In this document: positions 58,881 through 64,000 of the stretch, in pieces
How positions within the stretch are numbered: the stretch's first letter is position 1
Layout: each line of letters begins with the position of its first letter
Assembly (NCBI GenBank): GCA_041483895.1
Contig: JBGPGO010000006.1
Location: 32,001 to 96,000 of the forward strand
Origin: Fimbriimonadia bacterium
Lineage (GTDB): Bacteria; Armatimonadota; Fimbriimonadia; Fimbriimonadales; JABRVX01
Length of the DNA stretch: 64,000 nucleotides
Reading direction: 5' to 3'
Made by a program: the position numbers and the translations under genes
Notes under the pieces: generated by a model
Seen by the model: the letters and a program-made list of their open reading frames with translations, nothing else
Database searches by the model: none
What the model was told of the DNA's origin: nothing

Positions 58881-59881
58881 GACTGGCGATTGACGCCATG
58901 GGGGGCGATAACGCTCCCCGCGAGGTGGTCAATGGCGCATTCTCCGCGGCTCCCGATGTCGATGGCGACCTGATCCTGGTCGGCAACCCGCGACGGCTCG
59001 AAGAGTTTCTGCCCGCCCACACACCTTCCAACGTGCACATCCATCCTGCGCACGAGGTGATCTCTATGGATGAATCGCCCATCGTCGCCATACGGCGAAA
59101 AAAGGACAGCTCACTGAATGTTGCGGTCCAACTGGTGGCGGATGGGGAGTGCGAAGCGGTGATTTCCGCCGGGAACACCGGCGCGGCGACGGCCCTGGCC
59201 AAGCTCCGATGGAAGTCGATCCCAGGGATTCGCCGTCCGGCAATCGCAACGCAGATCCCGTCGAAGGAGGGCCGATTTATTCTTCTCGATTCGGGAGCGA
59301 CTGTGGACTGCGATCCGCAGGACCTGGTTGGATTTGCATTGATGGGCGCCGCGTACGCGACCGCGGTCCTCGGCATCCAACATCCACGAATCGGACTCCT
59401 GAACATTGGCGAGGAGGCAGGGAAGGGCAATCAGCTCGTCAAGCGGACCTATGCGTTGATGAAGCAGGACATCGATAATTTTGTCGGGAACGTCGAGGGA
59501 AAGCATATGTTCGAGGGGCATGTGGACGTGGTGGTGTGCGATGCGTTTGTGGGAAATATCGTCCTCAAAACCGGGGAGGGAATTGCGGAAATGATTATGG
59601 ACGCGATTAAAGAGTCGCTGCCGAAGAGTCCGCTGCTTCGGCTGCCGCTTCCCTTGCTGCTCGGCGGCCTGCAGAGCCTGAAAAAGAATTTGGATTACGC
59701 AGAATACGGTGGCGCGCCGCTTTTGGGAGTGAACGGTGTGTTTATCATCTGTCATGGCCGGTCCGATGAAAAGGCGATCCGGATCGCGATTCTGCACGCG
59801 CAGAGGGCGGTGAAAAACGGCCTCATCGATCGCATCCGCACTTCGGCGTTGGCCTTTCGGCGGGAGAAGCAACATGCCTAA
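58877..59881 (+). CDS. plsX: Phosphate acyltransferase PlsX
   Basis: AIDAMGGDNAP, SAGNTGA, LLNIGEE..KG, YGGAPLLG, HGRS. Confidence 0.96.
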   Translation: MRLAIDAMGGDNAPREVVNGAFSAAPDVDGDLILVGNPRRLEEFLPAHTPSNVHIHPAHEVISMDESPIVAIRRKKDSSLNVAVQLVADGECEAVISAGNTGAATALAKLRWKSIPGIRRPAIATQIPSKEGRFILLDSGATVDCDPQDLVGFALMGAAYATAVLGIQHPRIGLLNIGEEAGKGNQLVKRTYALMKQDIDNFVGNVEGKHMFEGHVDVVVCDAFVGNIVLKTGEGIAEMIMDAIKESLPKSPLLRLPLPLLLGGLQSLKKNLDYAEYGGAPLLGVNGVFIICHGRSDEKAIRIAILHAQRAVKNGLIDRIRTSALAFRREKQHA

Positions 59882-60857
59882 GCGCGCGGTCATCCAGGGA
59901 ATGGGCGTGGGGATTCCGGACCGGGTTCTTAACAACGCGGACCTGGAACGACTCGTCGAGACCAGCGACGAATGGATCACCACTCGCACCGGGATCAAAG
60001 AGCGCCGGATCATCGCGCCCGATCAGACCAATACCGAACTTTGCATCATGGCGGCGCGGGAGGCTCTGGAGCGATCCAAAATGGACGCGAAGGAGCTCGA
60101 CGTCATCGTTGTCGCCACAGTGACGGGAGAAACGCCGTTTCCGTCAACCGCTTGCCGGGTGCAGCATGGTCTCGGGATTGCCGGTTGCCCGGCGTTCGAC
60201 ATTTTGGCCGCGTGCGCGGGATTTGTGTACGGAGGGGCCCTCATTTCCGGCCTTTTCGCGGCGGGGACGTTCAAGAACGCCCTACTGATCGGCTGCGAGA
60301 TCATGTCGCAGATCACCGACTGGAGCGACCGGTCGACCTGCGTGCTGTTCGGCGATGCGGCCGGTGCGGCGGTCTTGAAAGCCGAAGAAGGCGATCGAGG
60401 AATTCTCGCAAGCTGCATCAACGCGGATGGCGCTGGACGCGACCTCATCAAACTAAGTTACGATCACGATCGGACGCCGCTCGATGGAGATCAAAGAGCG
60501 GGCGCAGTTGGATATGCTTCGATGGAGGGGCAGGAGATTTTTCGGGTTGCCGTGCGGGCCCTGGTGGAGGCCTGCCTTACGAGCCTGGAAAAGGCCGGTC
60601 TGCAGCCTTCGGACGTTGATCTGTTCGTGCCCCATCAGGCCAATCTGCGCATCATCACGGCGACAATGGAGAAGTTGGAGCTGCCTCAGGACAAGGCCTA
60701 CATCAACATTCAGAAGTACGGCAACACGTCTTCCGCGTCGATTCCCGTCGCATTGTGGGAGGCCGAGAAGGCCGGGCGAATCAAGCGGGGCGATATTGTT
60801 CTGACCGTTGGCATCGGCGCTGGAATCACCTGGGGCGCCAATGTGATTCGCTGGTAG
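59874..60857 (+). CDS. fabH: 3-oxoacyl-ACP synthase III
   Basis: AACAGF, FGDAAGA, PHQAN, GNTSSAS. Confidence 0.96.
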   Translation: MPKRAVIQGMGVGIPDRVLNNADLERLVETSDEWITTRTGIKERRIIAPDQTNTELCIMAAREALERSKMDAKELDVIVVATVTGETPFPSTACRVQHGLGIAGCPAFDILAACAGFVYGGALISGLFAAGTFKNALLIGCEIMSQITDWSDRSTCVLFGDAAGAAVLKAEEGDRGILASCINADGAGRDLIKLSYDHDRTPLDGDQRAGAVGYASMEGQEIFRVAVRALVEACLTSLEKAGLQPSDVDLFVPHQANLRIITATMEKLELPQDKAYINIQKYGNTSSASIPVALWEAEKAGRIKRGDIVLTVGIGAGITWGANVIRW

Positions 60858-62573
60858 TCAGGCCGCGAGGGCGTCGTCGACCACGTCGAACGTGGACTGG
60901 GCGCTTCCCAGAAATCGCATCGCCTCTTCCGGCGAGACCAAACCGTCCCGAACTTTATCTTGGATGTTATTCAGCAGCGGAACCATTCCGTGCGCCACCG
61001 CAGCTTTATGGATCGCCGCGCTCGATTCGCGTCTGAGCGTCAATTGCCTTAGTTCCTCATCCATGAGCAGGACTTCGTGAATTCCTAGCCGCCCTCGATA
61101 GCCCAAATCGTTGCAATGTGGGCAGCCGAGGGGACGCCAAACCGCGCCGGGATCGAACAGCAGGGTGTCGATCTCGCTGGGAGTGATTCGGCTCTCGATC
61201 TTGCATTCGGGACAAAGGCGGCGCATCAGTCGTTGGGCCGTTACCGCAATCAGCGAAGAGTTGATCAGGAACGGCTCCACCTCCATATCGATCAGGCGCG
61301 GAATGGCTCCTGCAGCATCGTTGGTATGGAGCGTCGAGAGCACCAGCTGTCCGGTCATGGCAGCCCGAGCGACAACTTCTGCTGTTTCCATATCGCGAAT
61401 CTCGCCAACAAGAAGTATGTCCGGATCCTGCCGCAGAGCCGCACGAAGCTGGCCGGCGAACGTGAGGCCAATCGATTCATGAACCTGACTTTGACCGATG
61501 CCCGGCACCTCGTATTCGATCGGATCCTCGCAGGTTAGGATGTTGACGGATTCGTTGTTGAGTTCCTGAACGGCGGCATAAAGAGTTGTTGTCTTTCCCG
61601 ACCCCGTGGGGCCCGTGACGAGGATCAATCCATGGGGATGAGAGAGCGAGCTGCGAAATCTTCGGTCGTTGATTGGAGACATGTCTAGCTCGTTGAGAGA
61701 CCGGAGGACCGACGCCTTGTCCAAAAATCTGAGCACGAGCCGCTCACCCCATTTGGTCGGGAAGCAGTTCACTCGGATGTCGATGCGCCGATCGCCGGTC
61801 TTGATGGAGATTCGACCGTCCTGCGGCATTCTCCGCTGCGAAATATCCATTTCCGCCATAATTTTGAGGCGGGATAGGATCGCGGGCTGAAGATTTGGGG
61901 GCAGGGAACGGATTCGCTTCAGAATTCCATCCACTCGGATACGAACGTCCAATCCTTGCCGCTGAGGCTCGAAATGGATGTCGCTTGTTCCACGCGTGAC
62001 GCATTCAGCCAACACGTCGTTGACCAGCTGGATGACCGGGGCCTCCTGGCTCGCCCGCTTCATCGTCTCGACGGTATAGGAGTCGAGGTCCTCGTCAGAA
62101 TCTACTATCACCGCCTCCGTATGGACGAGCGTCTCTTGCTGACCAATGCCGTAATAGAACGCCACGGCCCGATCGACTCGCTCCGGGAGCGCAAATCTTG
62201 GTTCCACTTTGACGCCGGAGCGCACCTGCAGCCAATCCATCGCTTCGAGATCGTCCGGGTATGCCATCGCGACGACAAGGCTGTTCTCGCTGAGGGTCAG
62301 TGGCAGCATCTTATAGGATTTTGCCGTTGCGGGAGTGGCTTTTTCCAGCGCTTCCGGTTGGGGCGAGATGTCGGCCATCGTTTCGTAGGGGACCTCGAAC
62401 TGCTCCGCCATTGCCCGACCCAGATCGTCGATGGAGACTAAACGACTGCCGATCAGAATTTCGCCCAGCCTCTTGCCGGTGCTCGCTGACTCTTCCAAGG
62501 AGGCGTCAAGCTGCGCTTGGGTTATGCGACCGGATTTGACGAGGATTTCCCCAAGACGTTTTCGTACGATCAT
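60858..62573 (-). CDS. GspE/PilB family secretion or pilus assembly ATPase
   Basis: N-terminal RLGEILV MshEN-like repeats, GPTGSGKTT, LRQDPD.LVGEIRD, STLHTN, Cys4 Zn motif. Confidence 0.93.
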   Translation of the reverse strand: MIVRKRLGEILVKSGRITQAQLDASLEESASTGKRLGEILIGSRLVSIDDLGRAMAEQFEVPYETMADISPQPEALEKATPATAKSYKMLPLTLSENSLVVAMAYPDDLEAMDWLQVRSGVKVEPRFALPERVDRAVAFYYGIGQQETLVHTEAVIVDSDEDLDSYTVETMKRASQEAPVIQLVNDVLAECVTRGTSDIHFEPQRQGLDVRIRVDGILKRIRSLPPNLQPAILSRLKIMAEMDISQRRMPQDGRISIKTGDRRIDIRVNCFPTKWGERLVLRFLDKASVLRSLNELDMSPINDRRFRSSLSHPHGLILVTGPTGSGKTTTLYAAVQELNNESVNILTCEDPIEYEVPGIGQSQVHESIGLTFAGQLRAALRQDPDILLVGEIRDMETAEVVARAAMTGQLVLSTLHTNDAAGAIPRLIDMEVEPFLINSSLIAVTAQRLMRRLCPECKIESRITPSEIDTLLFDPGAVWRPLGCPHCNDLGYRGRLGIHEVLLMDEELRQLTLRRESSAAIHKAAVAHGMVPLLNNIQDKVRDGLVSPEEAMRFLGSAQSTFDVVDDALAA

Positions 62574-62588
62574 AATTCTATTGCTACA

Positions 62589-62615
62589 TGATCGGTACTT
62601 CCGGGTTCGAACTTA
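62589..62615 (-). promoter_or_regulatory. Putative sigma28 (FliA)-type promoter for the GspE/PilB ATPase
   Basis: TAAG-N15-ACCGATCA versus consensus TAAA-N15-GCCGATAA. Confidence 0.5.
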
Positions 62616-62851
62616 TGGGCTTGGGAACGGCTTTGGGTGGCTGGCTTACAGGAATTCCATAGGGTTTTTGGGGAACGTTACAAAAGTTTGCGTTCGATAT
62701 TTGTCCCAGCGGCTTCTTTTCGTCGATTCACCCTGAAGGGGCATGAGGGGCGATCGGCCTGCATTCCGATCCGCGTTTGAACTCAAAGCGGGTACTCTCG
62801 TGGGCACGATCATGGTCCGATTCGGTTCCTAACGAAATCATCATCAAACCC

Positions 62852-64000
62852 ATGCAGAACAGCATCAGTCCGACCCGATTCTCAGGAAGCTTATTGGGGT
62901 GCGCGCTCGGCCAGGCTGTCGGCGCCTCGCTAGGGATACAGCGGCACGGAAGCAGCGCGTTTGCGTCGGTCACCGGTTTCAATCCTCTTCCACCGGCCAT
63001 GCCATCGATCGAGGAGATCGACTATCAGATCCTATGGGCGGACGTCGTCTCAAAGGGCGGCAGGCCCGGTTCCGGCGCATTATTGTGCGCCGCTTACAAA
63101 CAAAATCCCTTGACCGGCGAAGATGCGTCCGCTTTCGCCCTGTACAACATGCGGCGCGGACTGACATCCCCCGCTTCCGGGAGTTGCGAGAATCCATATT
63201 TCGAGAGCTTTGCTCCGGCCGGGCGGTCGCCGATTTGGGCCTGCCTATCGCCTGGGGATTCGGCGGAGGCGGCGCGGCTTGCCGGGATAGCGGCGATGGT
63301 CGATCACGGGGGCGAGGCGGTCTTTGCGGCGATGTTCTCGGCTGCCTGCCTATCGGCGGCGTTCGTAGCTCCGAGCGTTCCCAAGTCGATCGGGACGGCG
63401 ATGAAAATGATACCGTTCGATAGCGCCACCGCCAACTGCGTTCGAGCGGCCATAACCGCCGTCCAGTCGGGTCTGGCGGGAGAAGAGGCGAAGCTGCGAA
63501 TCGACAATGCGGCGGGAACGTGTGATACGGGGTACGGCCCTTTGAACGTAGGATATTTTGTTCTTTCCCTCCTGCTTGGAAACGGAGATTTCGGCCAAAC
63601 GATTCTGGCGGCAGCCTCGTTCGGCGGCGCCACGAGACAGACGGCGGGACTGGCCGGCGCATTTGTCGGCATTTTGCGAGGGGACGAAGCGATCTCTGAC
63701 GAGTGGCGCGCGGTGATCGGAGACAAGCTGACATCCGGGTGGAGCAAGCCAAGTTTCAAGCTGCCGAAGACGGCCGGTGATTGGGCGAAGCTGATGGAGG
63801 CGTTGGCGATGAGATTGCCCAGGGACGGCGCTCCGACGGTTGTCGCCGAACCGCCCGCGCCGCCGATCGCCGAACCGGTGGAAGGGGCGGCTGATCCTGA
63901 ACCCGCGCCACCGGCCCCTGACCCCCTCGCGGCGCTGCAGGACAACTCGCTCTGCCAACCGTTTTGGAGCTTGACGCCGTATTCCCAGGTCTTGGAGCAG
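62852..64000 (+). CDS. ADP-ribosylglycohydrolase-fold protein (partial, runs off the right edge)
   Basis: Not in the ORF track. Manual translation MQNSISPTRFSGSLLGCALGQAVGA...NMRRGL..PASG..NPY...RSPIWACLSPGD..AA.LA...DH.GEAV; open to the window end. Confidence 0.8.
   Translation, partial: MQNSISPTRFSGSLLGCALGQAVGASLGIQRHGSSAFASVTGFNPLPPAMPSIEEIDYQILWADVVSKGGRPGSGALLCAAYKQNPLTGEDASAFALYNMRRGLTSPASGSCENPYFESFAPAGRSPIWACLSPGDSAEAARLAGIAAMVDHGGEAVFAAMFSAACLSAAFVAPSVPKSIGTAMKMIPFDSATANCVRAAITAVQSGLAGEEAKLRIDNAAGTCDTGYGPLNVGYFVLSLLLGNGDFGQTILAAASFGGATRQTAGLAGAFVGILRGDEAISDEWRAVIGDKLTSGWSKPSFKLPKTAGDWAKLMEALAMRLPRDGAPTVVAEPPAPPIAEPVEGAADPEPAPPAPDPLAALQDNSLCQPFWSLTPYSQVLEQ

Overview
A 64 kb GC-rich bacterial chromosomal segment. 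The lineage is uncertain; Armatimonadota is a guess from the style of the secreted hypothetical proteins. Most of it is core and metabolic genes: Hrq1/MrfA-like DUF1998 helicase, tatC, ychF-like ATPase, fliD-fliS-fliT, tRNA-Leu(CAA), polA-nadC, a UbiD-family decarboxylase, an OmpR two-component system, DUF1015-serA, recJ-rel-dtd, mnmG, yceD-rpmF-plsX-fabH and a GspE/PilB ATPase. I saw no CRISPR array, transposase or integrase. Most notable: (1) a translationally coupled egtD + quaternary-amine ABC transporter operon, divergent from a betaine/choline-type Rieske oxygenase, with no egtB in the window (candidate hercynine/ergothioneine-related system); (2) an AT-richer two-gene insert, a small unknown protein plus a stand-alone Ser/Thr kinase, between serA and recJ (candidate defence or toxin module); (3) about 10 genes with a leaderless-type promoter (TANNNT-N5-8-start), including a 42-bp bidirectional one; (4) several families of REP-like hairpin repeats, including 61-bp arrays on both sides of a DUF2339 gene and GTAG elements that supply stop codons; (5) gene remnants missed by the ORF track and a probably catalytically degenerate ADP-ribosylglycohydrolase. 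All family assignments come from motif recognition by eye, not database searches.
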